A stretch of 64,000 bases of DNA. Source: the human T2T-CHM13v2.0 reference genome, Homo sapiens. Position 1 is the first letter of the stretch. Every line of letters starts with the position of its first letter. Location of the stretch: NCBI RefSeq assembly GCF_009914755.1, contig NC_060944.1; one strand, given 5' to 3'. This document shows, piece after piece, positions 27,378 to 49,305 of the stretch. The notes under the pieces were generated by a model. That model made no database searches and was not told where the DNA came from. It worked only from the letters and a program-made list of their open reading frames with translations. A program made the position numbers and the translations under genes.

Positions 27378-28688
27378 GTACGGGTAGAAAAAAACTAGAA
27401 AGAGCTGTTGCAGATGAGACTGGATTTGGTGCCCATGTTGAAGATGAAGATATCTGCAGGGGCCATCAACCAACATAAAGGCCTCCATATGAATTGCTTT
27501 TCTGAGACAACTAAAAGACCGGGACCACAGGCATGAGTGCTGAGTAGAGAACCACCAACTAGCTAGCTGTCAAGACTGTTACCAAGACTGTTCTCAACAA
27601 GCTGACCTGGTTACCAGCGTCAGTAGAACTTTGTCTTATTAGGAAGCTCAGGTGATTATGCTCTCATTTAAAACAGAACCAGTGGAGAGAGACTAAGGGA
27701 AGAGGAATTTTTTAATACGGCTGATCTAACATGGACTAGAGGACAAAAACTGCAGGCCCCTCCCAGGTCCTGAGTAGTTAGTAGACCCTATCCTGTTTAT
27801 TCTGTCCAATGGAAGCTGCTAGAATGCTCTAGTTTCATTGTGGCTTAGAATAAGGGGAAAAATATGCCCCGCTAAGTGAGGGTCAATGGTCAGTAAGTAA
27901 TTGTTCTTACTGGCCATTGGCTCTCATCCCAAACCCTACAAATCATCAAACTGGGACTCAGCTGTGACTGACTGGCTGTTCTCTGGACTTTTTAAGTGTC
28001 TGTCTCACATTATGTAACTCCAGTACAGGAGCTGCTCTCTCTCCCAGCCCATTTCAGTTGTCAATTCTTCCATGTTCATAGGACTCCTTTGTGATCAGGA
28101 TATCTGGAGTGAGGAGCCAGGGGAATATTCCTGGTTGGCAAGGAAAAGAGGGCCTTAAACATAAATCCCAGAAGGACACTGTTGATCACTTATGCACAGG
28201 GGTCTGTTAATAAGCAAAGAGTGGCTATGGACAAGAGGATTTCCTCAAAGCACCCCACAGGGAAGGACCTTGACAATTTGTAGTCATACTTGAAAGATCA
28301 CTAAAAACAGCCCTCCTGTTATTTTTCTTCTAATTCAGACCTGTTGTTCTATTTGTCTTCCATATCATAGCAACCAGTACCACACCCATATTCATTTAAT
28401 ACCAAAACAACTGTCAACATTTATCACTATGTGCAGGACACTGGTAGATATGCTATGTGCAGTGTCACTTAGTCTTCCTGTTATTGGTAATGATTATCTC
28501 TGTTTTACAAGAAAATAGAGGCTCAAAATGATTGAATCATGTCCACAACTATTAAGTAGAAAGAATACAGGCTGGAATCCAGGATGGTTTGACTCTAAAG
28601 CATGCATACTTTACCATTTTTGTTGTACTGCTACTTACCACAACACTGGGAGTCGAATGTGACCAATTTTGCCATTCCATTTAATTAG

Positions 28689-29527
<839 letters not shown>

Positions 29528-29829
29528 AAAACTCTAAGCCTGCCACTCCGGGACATTCTTGGTCCTATTCCAGCTCCTCCTTCATTCTCATTTTGGCTCC
29601 TGTCACATGAACTATTGGCCATTCTCTTTTTTGCTTCTGGGATTGTAATCTGTTAAAATCCTTTCACTCCTCTCAGTCTGGTTCTCCATGGGCAAGACAG
29701 TGGTGATTCTTCCAGTGCTTATCTTCCAGGATGTTTTAGGGTCCAGTCTCTGCAGCACTTCTTCCCCTTGCTAAATGCTTTCCTAATGTTTCCAGCATTC
29801 AATAGAAATTCCTTTGGATCCAGTCCTTT

Positions 29830-30335
29830 TAAAAATTTATTTTGAAATAATTTTACATTTACAGAGCTGTTGCAAAAATGGTTAAGAGTTCCTGCACAGT
29901 CTTCACCCAGCTTTCTCCAATGTTATGATCCCATATAACCATGCTAGAATTACCAAAACTAATAAATTAACACTGGTAAAAATAACACTAAACTACAGCC
30001 CTTACTCAGATTTCACCAATTTTCCCACCCATGTTATTTTTCTTTCTCCTTACTCCTCTAATCTGTGACAGTTCCGCATTCATTCCTTGCTTTCATGACT
30101 TTGAGATTTTGGGGGGCGGGGGCGGGGTACAGGTATCTTGTAGAACATCCCTCACACTGGATTTAGTGAAATTTTCTCATGGTTTAAGGCTGGGAGTTTT
30201 TGTGGAAAATGACTCGGAGGTGATGTGCCCTTAACGCATTTTTATCGGGGCACACGGCATCAATATCTCCCCTTGCCAGTAATACTAACTTTGATCTGGT
30301 TACGGTGGTGTCTGCTAGGTTTCTTCGCAGTAAAG
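29830..30335 (-). mobile_element. L1MC-like 3' end
   Basis: tttattttgaaataattttacatttacaga...gttgcaaaaat motif. Confidence 0.65.
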
Positions 30336-31003
30336 TCAATCCTCTTAACATGCAGACACTCCTGGAAGGAGAACCAAATCCTTCCTCACTGAAGAGCAGC
30401 TACTGTGGAATGAAACTTTGGAGTTAGATCATCGTTGAATCCAGCAAGCTACAGTGCCTGGGAGAAACAGCATTTATAAAGTATCGAGGTTACCGATACT
30501 TCCCTGAAGCTACCGGAGATAACGTTATGTGCGTGTTCAGCACAGTAATGTGGCACAGGGTTCACTAAACGGCAGCATGTTTTAACAGAAGTTATTTACT
30601 CCTAGAGGACCCAGAAACGTTTGCGGCCTGCCGGAACAGGACAACATAGGGCTCTGGGAAGAGTCCCCCTTTCAGAGGTGAGAACAAGACAGAACACACA
30701 GATGTGAAGTGCCTTCTGCTAGGTAACGCGAGGCGGGGCTGAGCTCGGATTCTAAAGACTCCCAGGCCAGCCCTAACCAATTCATCTCCGAGCTTGCACG
30801 GCATCTTACCCGGAGACTCCAGAGGTACCTGACTCCAGCCCCACCCCAGGCCTGCCCGATCCCGAAGCGCATTTTGGCCCTGGGCCTCTCTCTGGCTCAG
30901 TCTGGGCGCAAAGCGGGTCTCAGCAACCGTCCCACTTGCCTTCATACCCTCCCACCACGCTCCACTCAGGGACTCCAGAACCAGCTTAGACCTCCATTGA
31001 GAG

Positions 31004-31067
31004 CTGAAAGCCTCTTCCGATACCGAGAACCAGCACTGAAAGCCTCTTCCGATACCGAGAACCAGCA
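31004..31067. repeat. Perfect 2 x 32-bp tandem duplication
   Basis: ctgaaagcctcttccgataccgagaaccagca at 31004-31035 and 31036-31067. Confidence 0.97.
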
Positions 31068-31069
31068 TG

Positions 31070-31373
31070 GTTTTTGTTTTGTTTTGTTTTAGTCAGGGTC
31101 TCTTGCTCTGTCGCCCAGGCTGGGGTGCAGTGGCGCAATCTCGGCTCACTGCAGCCTCGAACTCCTGGTCAGGCGATCCTCCTACCTCAGCCTCTGGAGT
31201 AACTGGAACTACACGAGCGCGCCACCACGCCCGGCTAATTTTGTTTATTTTTTAGTAGAGAAGGGGTCTCTCCATGTTGCCCAGGCTGGTCTCGAACTCT
31301 TGGGCTCAAGCAATCCTTCCGACTCGGCCTCCCAAAGTGCTGGAATTACAGGCGTAAGCCACCGCGTCCAGCC
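31070..31373 (-). mobile_element. AluJ-type element in the DYNLRB1 promoter
   Basis: J-type diagnostics (gcagcctcgaactcctgg, gggctcaagcaatcc); TSD agaaccagcat at 31058-31068 and 31374-31384. Confidence 0.88.
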
Positions 31374-31569
31374 AGAACCAGCATCTTTTCTGCACGGCTG
31401 GAGTTGGGAATTTTCCACAGCTTAGCGCACTGCTCCTTAGCTTTTCGCTTTGCCACAGTGGAAAGCAGATTTTCCAAGAATCCTGGCGGAGCCAAGATCG
31501 GCTCGCCCGCCCCCGCCTCACGCTGGCTCCTGATAGGCAGCTAGAGCTGTCCGTTTTGACAGAAACCTT

Positions 31570-31581
31570 TGCGCAGGCGCA
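31570..31581. promoter_or_regulatory. NRF1-type site TGCGCAGGCGCA at the DYNLRB1 transcription start region
   Basis: Near-consensus YGCGCANGCGCR motif ~60 nt upstream of the ATG. Confidence 0.7.
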
Positions 31582-31637
31582 GAAAGGCACAGGACTCGCT
31601 AAGTGTTCGCTACGCGGGGCTACCGGATCGGTCGGAA

Positions 31638-31640
31638 ATG
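31638..31640 (+). CDS. DYNLRB1: DYNLRB1 exon 1 coding part (ATG only; 5' UTR from ~31580)
   Basis: ggaaATG|gtgagc donor; joins exon 2 in phase 0 to give [10 protein letters not shown]. Confidence 0.93.
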
Positions 31641-31893
31641 GTGAGCGTGCGCCGGGGTCTTGTGGCTGGCGGCCGCCCACCACCCCACGCCAGGCCTTCA
31701 GTCTTCCGAGGATGAGGGGATCTCAGAGCTCCGGACAGGGAATCGGTGGTGGCTGGGCGTGGCCGGGCCCGGGCCCCAGCCGACTTGAGGGTGGAACCCG
31801 GCGGCGGAGGCCTCTAAAGCCTGACCGAGGCGGGGCCGCCGGATCCCGCTGCCCCTTGACCGGAAGCGGGAGCCCAGCCTCGGCCAGGAAGAG

Positions 31894-32055
31894 ATGATGG
31901 GCGAGGGGTGGGCGGCGGCCCTGCAGCCTAGAGTTTTGGGGCCTTGGTGCGCGATGGCAACCCTGCCAACGTTTCCCGGGAGCTCAGTTTGTGGCAGGCT
32001 CTGCCAAGCACTTTATGTATCTTGTATTTCCTCCGCCTCCTCCCAGCTCTGTGAG
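31894..32055 (+). CDS. DYNLRB1: Candidate alternative DYNLRB1 first coding exon (54-codon N-terminal extension MMGEGW...SQLCE)
   Basis: Open frame from ATG 31894 to GAG|gtagat, phase 0 with exon 2; would give 148/149 aa. Confidence 0.55.
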
Positions 32056-32170
32056 GTAGATACAATCTTTAGTCCCATTTTGTTATACATATCTGTTATT
32101 CAGCGCCCCGAGAAGCCAAGTGCTTTGCCCCAGGAAATAGTGGAGATGGATTTGAACCCTAGAAGCTTGA
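31990..32170. mobile_element. MIR remnant
   Basis: ctgtgaggtagatac...cccatttt...ggatttgaaccc MIR core motifs. Confidence 0.65.
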
Positions 32171-32659
32171 CGGCCGCCACTCTGTCGGCGTGGTTCTTTC
32201 TAGCCGCTGGGACTGGGTGCCAGAGTCAGGAACGGGCGGGGTCTGCTCTTGGGGATCCCAAAGCTTGCTTTCTACCTTGCTTGCTGCAGCTGTGGGTTCT
32301 CAACGCCGTTACAGGTTTTGTGTTTGTAATCCTCACAGCTTGGGCAAAATTTGAAAAAGTTTCAAATTTTAAGCCATGTGAATATATTACTTTTTCAAAA
32401 ATCTTATTTAGAAATCTAGAGCTTGTAATAAAAAAATTGAAAAAAGAAACCGTGTCATCACCTAGAGGCAACCACTTACAGTAGTCATATGACTTCTAGT
32501 CTTTTTTGCTTGTTTTTGGTTTATACAGTTTAGCCCCTATTGAATGTGCAATTGTGGGTTCTGTGTTTTTCATTATTACACCACAATATCTCCACATCAT
32601 TACAAACATGTAATAATGCTTCAAATATGTATAACTTCATTTTTCACATCACTTCTTAA

Positions 32660-40203
<7,544 letters not shown>

Positions 40204-41401
40204 CATTTGCCACTTTATAGGAGGAGCTTGTTTACCCTTCCCTCCAGTGTTCGAGAGTATTCTGTCACAGGGGAGTGGGTGGCAGTGACTGGATTGTCAG
40301 CCTTGTGCCTTCCAGAAAAACAAGAATTCATTGTGCTGTCTCCACCCAGTGTTGAGGATCCCCCCCCCCATTTCTTTTGGTGAATGGAGCCTCTGTTTCT
40401 AACAACTCTCAGCCTTTGAGGGGCTTCTGACTGGATTCTAGACCAGTCTGGAAGGGGCCGCCTGAGAACAGGTATACCTCAGGGCTAGTTTCCATCCACA
40501 GGAAGAATTAAGTCTAGTTCAGTTAAGCGGTGTTTATCACACTTCTACTCCACAGACCTTTTTAGAGTCTCTAAGAAATGGACATAGTACCTAATGCATG
40601 TCCCAGAGAGGCACACCCAGGGATTTGGGGAGTCACACGTAGGCAGACTCCATCAACTGGGGGATCAGTAAAGGCTTCGCGGAGGAGATGATGTCTTAGA
40701 TGGTCAAGAGGAGTTTGTTGGATTTCAGCAGAGAAGAGGCCTTGTGGGATAAAAAGATGTAGAGATAGGGAGGTGTGTCACGGAGCTGGAGAGTGGAGGG
40801 AAGGGTAGGACAGGAGTGACAGGAGGCCTGGCATGGCAGAATGAGGACCCGAACTGCGACTGCCCCTCCACTTACAGATGCCATATGCAAGAGTAGCCCA
40901 CCAGAGCAGTTTCTGGGTAATCAAGATTAATGAGCCCCTTCCCAAGGCACACTTCTTACAGCTGAGTGCTGTGCATCACACTATCTCAGATGCCTGCCGC
41001 AGTCACTGAGTCTATCCTCATGTGCTGTTTGGGCCACAAATGACAAAGTGTTGTCTTCCTGTTAGATACTACTCTCTGAGTTTTCTTAAATCAACAGAGT
41101 CCCATCCCCCAGCTATGCCAAATATGTGAGTCATGGACATGTATATACATGGGAATGGTGTTTATATTCTGCTCCCCAACAGCTGAGGAGGGTGGGATAA
41201 TAGTGCCTGGTGGGCAGAGCGCCAGGAGCAGCCCTGTCCTGCGTGGGGGTGTGAGCGGATGCTCTGGGCACTGGTGGTGGCCGGAGGAGCACGTCAGATC
41301 AGCCTGGGGAACTTTGAGGGTGTGCCAGGTGCCTGAGTATTACTTGTTTGTTGTTGGAAGACAAACGTATGATTCATCTGCCTGGGGTATGAGGAAGTTA
41401 A

Positions 41402-41542
<141 letters not shown>

Positions 41543-41664
41543 TGACCCGCACCCAGGCAGGCCCAGAAGCAGCCATAACACAGCATAGCACTTGCTGTTC
41601 ACTAAGCCCTTCATGAATCTGATCTAATTTTAGGCCTTTTTAATTTTTAACACCTCCAGTGTTC

Positions 41665-41785
41665 TTTTTTTTTTTTTTTTTTTTTTCATTAAGGCTAGTC
41701 AGGTGAAGCAGCGGGAGTGGAGAAGGGACAAAGAAATCGGTAACTGGTTGTGAGCAATTAGTTGTAAACTGCATTCAGACCAGCC
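41665..41785 (-). pseudogene. Y3 RNA (RNY3-derived) retropseudogene with A22 tail
   Basis: Minus strand reads GGCTGGTCTGAATGCAG-TTTACAACTAATTGCTCACAACCAGTTACCGATTTCTTTG...GACTAGCC, matching hY3; poly(A) tail; TSD acctccagtgt at 41652-41662 and 41786-41796. Confidence 0.92.
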
Positions 41786-43209
41786 ACCTCCAGTGTCCTC
41801 ACAAAGGGAAAATCCGCTCAATCCCACCACCCTGACAGATCACACTTCAGTCTTCCATGCTTACTCAGCCTCGTCCAGCACAGTTCCAGAGGACCATAAT
41901 CATAGTTGTTACCCTTGGGCATATGTTTACACTTGAGCTTTTTAAAATATTGCTTCATGGTTTACATAAACAAATTAAGTGCCACGACAATGTTCATTAG
42001 CCCAATTTTGTTGTTTCTACTTTTTAGTAAATCCATTAAGTGGATATTACATCCCCATTTGTGTTGATTCTGCTTTATTGGCTGGATAGTTCTCTAGTTA
42101 ACTCCTCTGTGCCTGCAGCTCCCCTCCACCCCAACAACCCTTTCTGAGTGGTATCTGTGTAGGTAGAAGTGTACAGATACTAACTTTCCCAGACTGCACT
42201 GGACAGGAAGGGAGCTAGCATTTATCACATACCCGCTCTGTGCCAAGATTCTGGCTGGTGCAGCCCTGTCGTCTGCATTTTGCAATGGAGAAAACTGAGT
42301 CTAGAAATGTAATTGATCGGCCTACCATCACACAGTCGAGATTTAAATCCAAGCCCGTCTGAGTGCGCTTGGGTGCTTTCTCCCGCGCCAGGCTGTAAAG
42401 AACCAGAATGGCCCCCAGACCCTCACGCTCCAGGCAGCAGTAAGGACAGGGACTCTGGAATCCAGCAGTTGTGAGTTTGAATTCTGCCTCATCTCCTGAC
42501 TAGCTTTGTGACCTTGGCCAAGTCGCTTAAGCCTGTAAATGGGGATAATACTTATATCTACCTTATAAGTTGAAGAGTAACTAAGAATGAACAGCGTAAA
42601 GCATTTAGTACAGTATCGTCACCATCTGTTTTGAGCTGTGAGGCATTTGTTCATACAAACTCTGATTTACCTGATTGGGTTCCCCTGTTGGGTTGGGAGC
42701 ATCCACATGCTTCATGCCTCTAGGCCACAGTGTTTCCCACACGTATTCATTCTTTGAAATCACCCGGGGGTCCTGTTAAACATAGCTTTCCAGGCCTCTG
42801 CACCAAAAAGTCTAATTTATTAGAGCCAAAGCAAGACCTGAGGAATCTGTGTGTTTACGAAGCACCCCAGGAGATTCTTATGATCAGACAGGTTTAGAAA
42901 ATTCTGCTTTAGGGGATAGATTCTAATCAGAAGAGGCTGCAGTGAGAGCCACAGGCCTAAGATTCACAGCAGTTCTGTCTCCTTCCGAAGGCCTTCCCTT
43001 GGAGAGACTGCCTCAGATCATGTTTTCAGGGCTGTGGTCCTTAAACCCAGGGGTCCTGTGCTACCCTGGGAGTAGAGGTAGAGGCTGGGGTTCCTGTCCT
43101 CCACTTCAGTCAGAGCACACACACTAAGAACCATCAGTTCATGTTTCTACATTGGTTTTAATTTGGAAAGGGGTTTGGCCAATTTAAAAACTACCCTACT
43201 GGAGTAGCC

Positions 43210-43652
<443 letters not shown>

Positions 43653-44575
43653 TCACCTCTGTTCCCGTGTCATTCACCACAGGCCGCAGAGTCAGGTCAG
43701 TGAACGTTAAATGAACCAACCACAGTGGGTGTTGCCATCAGCCCCTTTGATTTGGTAATTCTTGAGGACTGTGTTGAGAGGAAATAATCCCAAAGGAAAA
43801 AACCTGAAATTTTTGCAAGCATGTTAGATGCCATAATCAGTAGATTAATAATTGTTATAATGGCTGGGCGTGGTGCATGGTTGCTCACACCTGTTCTCAG
43901 CACTTTGGGAGGCCATGGCAGGACGATTGCTTGAGCCAAGGGGTTCAAGACCAGCCTGGGCAATGTAGTGAGACCCCGAACTCCACACAAAAAAAAGAAA
44001 AATTAGGCAGGTGTGGTGGCACACGCCTGTAGTCTTAGCTACTCAGGATGCTAAGACAGGAGGATTCCTTGAGCCCGGGAGTTCAAGACTGCAGTTTGCT
44101 TCAAGGCTTCTTGCTCAAAGCTTTGATTGCACTCCAGCACAGAGCAAGACCTTGTCTCTTTAAAAAAAAAAAAACAAAAAGTAACAATGAAGTGTGTAGG
44201 CCCTTCAGTGCCCAGCCCAGGGGCTGCTCCCACAGGCCAGGATTTACCAGCAGCCCTGTGGGTGGAAGTGGTACAGCAGTGCCTGTGTCTGTCACATGTC
44301 TGGTGTGCTGCCAGGCACGGTTTGTTTATGTGTTTCTTGGCTGCCTCGTAGGGTAGACATTATTGCGGCCACCTTTACAGACACACTTGGACATCCCAAG
44401 AGGTCAGGCCATGCCCGGTTGCGGGGCCCCCCAAATTCTCTAGCCCAGTGTATTCAGTGGGCTCTAATTTGTTCAGTGCTCTTAGAGAGCCTCTTATGTG
44501 TGTCTTCAGTCTAGGCCTTGTTTTGGAGAAGCAGAGTTCTCAGCAATTCCTACTTAAGCAGAATGAAAGCCATCA

Positions 44576-44963
<388 letters not shown>

Positions 44964-45029
44964 CTAGACAGAACGTGCTCCCCAGCCCTGTCTAGTTCTG
45001 ATTAAACCATGTGGTCATTTCATTTACAG

Positions 45030-45094
45030 GAGGCTGGGAGCCCTTGGGACACTGTGGAGACAGGAGCAGGCCCCCTGCTCAGGGCTGCCCCTGA
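45030..45094 (+). CDS. DYNLRB1: Candidate alternative DYNLRB1 exon giving a truncated 47-aa isoform (...GGWEPLGHCGDRSRPPAQGCP*)
   Basis: tttcatttacag|GA acceptor in phase 1 with exon 2; TGA at 45092-45094; I recall a short annotated isoform with this tail but cannot verify it. Confidence 0.6.
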
Positions 45095-47558
45095 TCAGTT
45101 GGGTGGCCTGAGGCAACTCCTTTCCCCGCTTCAGCCCTCAACTGCCTCGAGTCCTGTGATGGTCCAGGGAATCTCTTTTGGGCACTTCTTGCTCTAAGAC
45201 CTGAAAGACTTTTGTCACTAAGAGAGAAACTGTCTTCTGGGACTGGACATTTTGACTCCAAGGAGACAACCCCAGGGGCCAACAGCCCCAGCTGTGACCC
45301 CCAGGCTTCCACATGAACTCACAAAGGAGAGGCCCTCATTCTTGCCTTAAAACTGCCCCTAAAGCCAAGCCTTTTCACTGGGAAGCCCTAGCTGCTTACC
45401 TTTTGGATACTAGTGAGTGCTGCTTTTTTGTATACTCATGGGGCTGATTGCACCATAGCTGAGAACGTGGAATGCAGAATGAGCCCACCTGGCTTTGAAT
45501 CTGGGCCCTACTTAACTTATCAGCTATGTGGTTTTGGGCATAAGCCACTTTCTCTGTTAAGTTTTCTCATTTGTAAAATGTGGGTCATAATTCTGCCTTC
45601 CTCTAGGGGAAGCTTTTAGAATAGTGCCTGGCATGAAATGCCTATGAATGTCTCAGTTAGTGTGTGTGTGTCTTTAACTTGCGTCCCATTCTCAGGGCCC
45701 CCACATCAGTGTCTCGTTTACATCTCACACAGTGACCCTGCGAGGCAAGGGTTTGCCCAGTTTGCAGATGAGAAACCCAAAGCTGAGAGAGGTGTGGGGA
45801 ACCGCCCAAGGTCACCCAGCTGTGAATGAACGTGGTCAGAACACAGAATCTGAGTTGGTCACACTTCCCACTGATCCATGGGGCCTTTAAGCCCTCTGGA
45901 AGCTTCCATTAAAGATGATTATTTGAGGATAATTGTATTGGGATGCCTATGATCTTATCTAGGGTTTTCCTACCCATCCCCAACATTCAGCTCAGCTGCC
46001 TCTTTCTTGAGGACACCCTCACTGATCACCCCAGCCCAGCCAGAGTGGTTGCTCCTGCTCCTGCCCCTGAACCTATGACATACCCAAGTCCCAATACTTT
46101 CGAGCCATCTGCCACTGCCTTTTGACATCTCTGCCTTGGCTAGATTCAAATGGTGTTTCATAATAAAAGTCTGAGTTTAAGCAGCTTTACCGAAAACGCA
46201 AGGGAAGTTTCATTCCATTTATACTTCTCCAGACCCCCTGCCATCCTCTGCTGCTACCCACACAGGCAGAATAAAAGGCTTAAATGTGTAAGTCCCATGA
46301 AGGCAAAGATTGGTCTCTTGTGTTCACTGCTGTCTGTAGTACTTAGGATGGTGTTGGCCCAGAGTTGGTGTTTGATTAAAGTATCTGTTGAATTTTTTAG
46401 ATGTTTTTTATCACTTGAAGGGACTGGGTGTGGTGGAAGGGCCTGGGGGTGTATCCCAGTAGATCAGAGCCCCAAGTTAGAAATCGTGCCTCCCAGATAA
46501 CCAGCTACTTCTGCAGGCTACACAGTGTTCATTTGTGAAGACAGAGGCAGGGAGCAGGTGGCCTAATAACTAGGCCGTCTCAGGTCTCCTCCAGCTCCAG
46601 CATCCAGTGAATCTGGAATTAACCTTTGTCCTTGTTTTAATTTCTTCCCGGTTTTGGTCCTTGGCCCTGTACTTCCACGTTTTCTTTTGTTTTTGGAGTG
46701 AGCCAGTAGATGTTTAGTTTCTTGTCTGTTTTACACAGCTCCCGCTTATATGGATGTGATCAGACTCCTCATGCCAATATCTTTCCAAACTAGTAAAAGT
46801 AGACCCTTTGACCACTCACTTACCAATAGCAATAAAAGCTTAATGCTGTCTCTCTAGGGACACTAGTGAGCAAATCAGACTTGGTCAAGCCCTTGGGGAG
46901 CTTACATTGTGGTGGGAGATGGAATAATGATCACTTTGTAATGGTGCAGTGTCAACCTGGAAAAACTGCGTGGTGCTGGGATGGTGCCAGTGGGGATGGG
47001 AAGTGTCACCCGAAGATGGAGACCTCAGGGACCAAAGTGGAAATCATGAGTGAATAGGGGAAGGAAAGAAAGTTCCAGGCAGAGGGATCTGTGAGAAGGT
47101 GGCTTCGTGGTGTGTAAAAAGAGAAGGTTAGGGGTTCTGATCACCCAAACCATGCCAAGTCTTGGGACTGTGGGCCTCTTACCATTGGGGCCCAAAGGTG
47201 AGCTAAGGGGCGGGTTCCCGGCCAGGTAGCAAGAACAGCCAACCCAGGGCTCTACCTGGGCTCTGGTCCTGGCCCTCGGTGGGTGGGCTGTGTTTTAGCA
47301 AGGCCCTTGCGGGTTTAAGCAATAGTCACATCCCTTCAGATGAATGGAAATGGCATTTACTGTGTGAGTGGTGTTTATTAACATTTATTAAGTGTACTCT
47401 TGCTAAACATTCTTAAATGAATTAAGCAGTATTCAGCCCGCCCAGCAGCACTTTGAAGCACAGATATTATTTAACAGATAAGGCAGTGGAAGCTCAGGAG
47501 GTTTCATCACTTGCCCAAGGCTGCATAGCTGTGAAGGGCAGAGCTGGGTGTAAGCCTA

Positions 47559-48140
47559 GGTCAATTTGGAGCCCAGGACCCTATTAATCTGGTCCATAGC
47601 TGCCCAGCCTAGGACACGACTAAAGGCATTCATCAGACTGACTTGCTGGGTGGCAAGAAACTGGCCCAGTCTTGTTTTCTTAGGCCCCCAGGAATGCGAG
47701 GGTGGGCAGAAAGAGTCGTGGTGGCTCCTACCCCATCGCCGCCCCATCGTGGTTAGATTATAATGGACGCATTCATTACTGCCATCCTCAGGAAGCTTCA
47801 ACTGTAGAGCAAGGCTTTGCGGGGCCCTGCCATGCACATTGTGGCCATCCAGGAGCCAGCAGCAACCCTGGTGATCTGGTCATCTTGTCTCTTACAGACA
47901 AGTGATGACTGCAACCTGTTCTCCTGACTTGACTTGGCTCAAAAAGCCTCTGCGACTCACCTGCTTCTTTTGCCACCATGTCCTCTTCTGCCCACCCTCA
48001 CATTCCTGGTGCCCTAGGATGACAAGATTGAGCCAGTTTCTTTACCACTCAGCCAGTCGGCCTGATAACTGCCTTTGGCCGATCCCTAGACTGAGCAGCT
48101 GTGGGCAGGATGAGCAGGGTCCTGGGCCCCAAAGCTGGCC
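47559..48140. repeat. Diverged non-Alu inverted repeat (arms 47559-47725 and 47972-48140)
   Basis: Manual alignment ~75-80% identity; also visible as the shared FCPPSHSW peptide in opposite-strand ORFs 47556..47837 and 47902..48294. Confidence 0.9.
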
Positions 48141-48779
48141 ACTTCTATGTGAGGAGCTACTTGTGCCACATTCCTCAAGTGCCTGTCAGCTGGCGGGCTC
48201 TTGGGGTCCCATGGATGGAGTCTTCTGCTCATATGTCACAGGCAATTCACAGGCACCTGCTGGCCCAATCATGACCTGCGGTGGCTCAGTGTGAGCCGCA
48301 TGCCTCACCTCTGTGACAGTAGGCACCGTCCAGTGAATAAGTCCACTTAATGGTTCATCTCAAGGAAACAGTCCTCAAACAAAAGGCTTGGTATACGGTG
48401 ATGTTCACTGCCCAGTTAATTATACTGGTAACAAACCCAGCCCCTAAGTAGCCAACAGTAGGGGCTGGGGAGGTCTGTGGACCGCTCACCTAGTGGGCTC
48501 TTTGAAAGAGATAGCAGTGCTGTTTACAAAGGGTCAACATGTTCCATGTTTCTGTGCCTGTTGTACAAACATAGAAACATGCTTTAACTTGGCACGGCCA
48601 TGTGGACAGTGTGTTTATAGCTGCTACCCAAGCCTCCCTTGGGTGGAAATCATGATGGTTATGTCCCAGCACAAGCTGACTTTTTCTCTTCTACTTTTTA
48701 GTGTGTAGAAGTTTGTGGCCGGGCGCGGTGGCTCACGCCTGTAATCCCAGCACTTTGGAAGGCCGAGGCGGGTGGATCA

Positions 48780-49305
<526 letters not shown>

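Larger units (their letters stand above)
30700..32320. promoter_or_regulatory. DYNLRB1: CpG-rich promoter region of DYNLRB1
   Basis: Sharp rise in CpG/GC content; GC boxes at ~30730 and 31504-31518; ETS-like CCGGAAG at 31860; surrounds exon 1. Confidence 0.88.

Noticed and set aside
31004-31067. 32-bp direct repeats as a CRISPR-like array
   Set aside because: Only two adjacent copies with no spacer, in a human promoter; a simple tandem duplication
30592-31897. Overlapping 113-158-aa ORFs around the promoter as a bidirectional coding gene
   Set aside because: Stop-poor GC-rich CpG-island sequence, mostly non-ATG starts, no domain similarity
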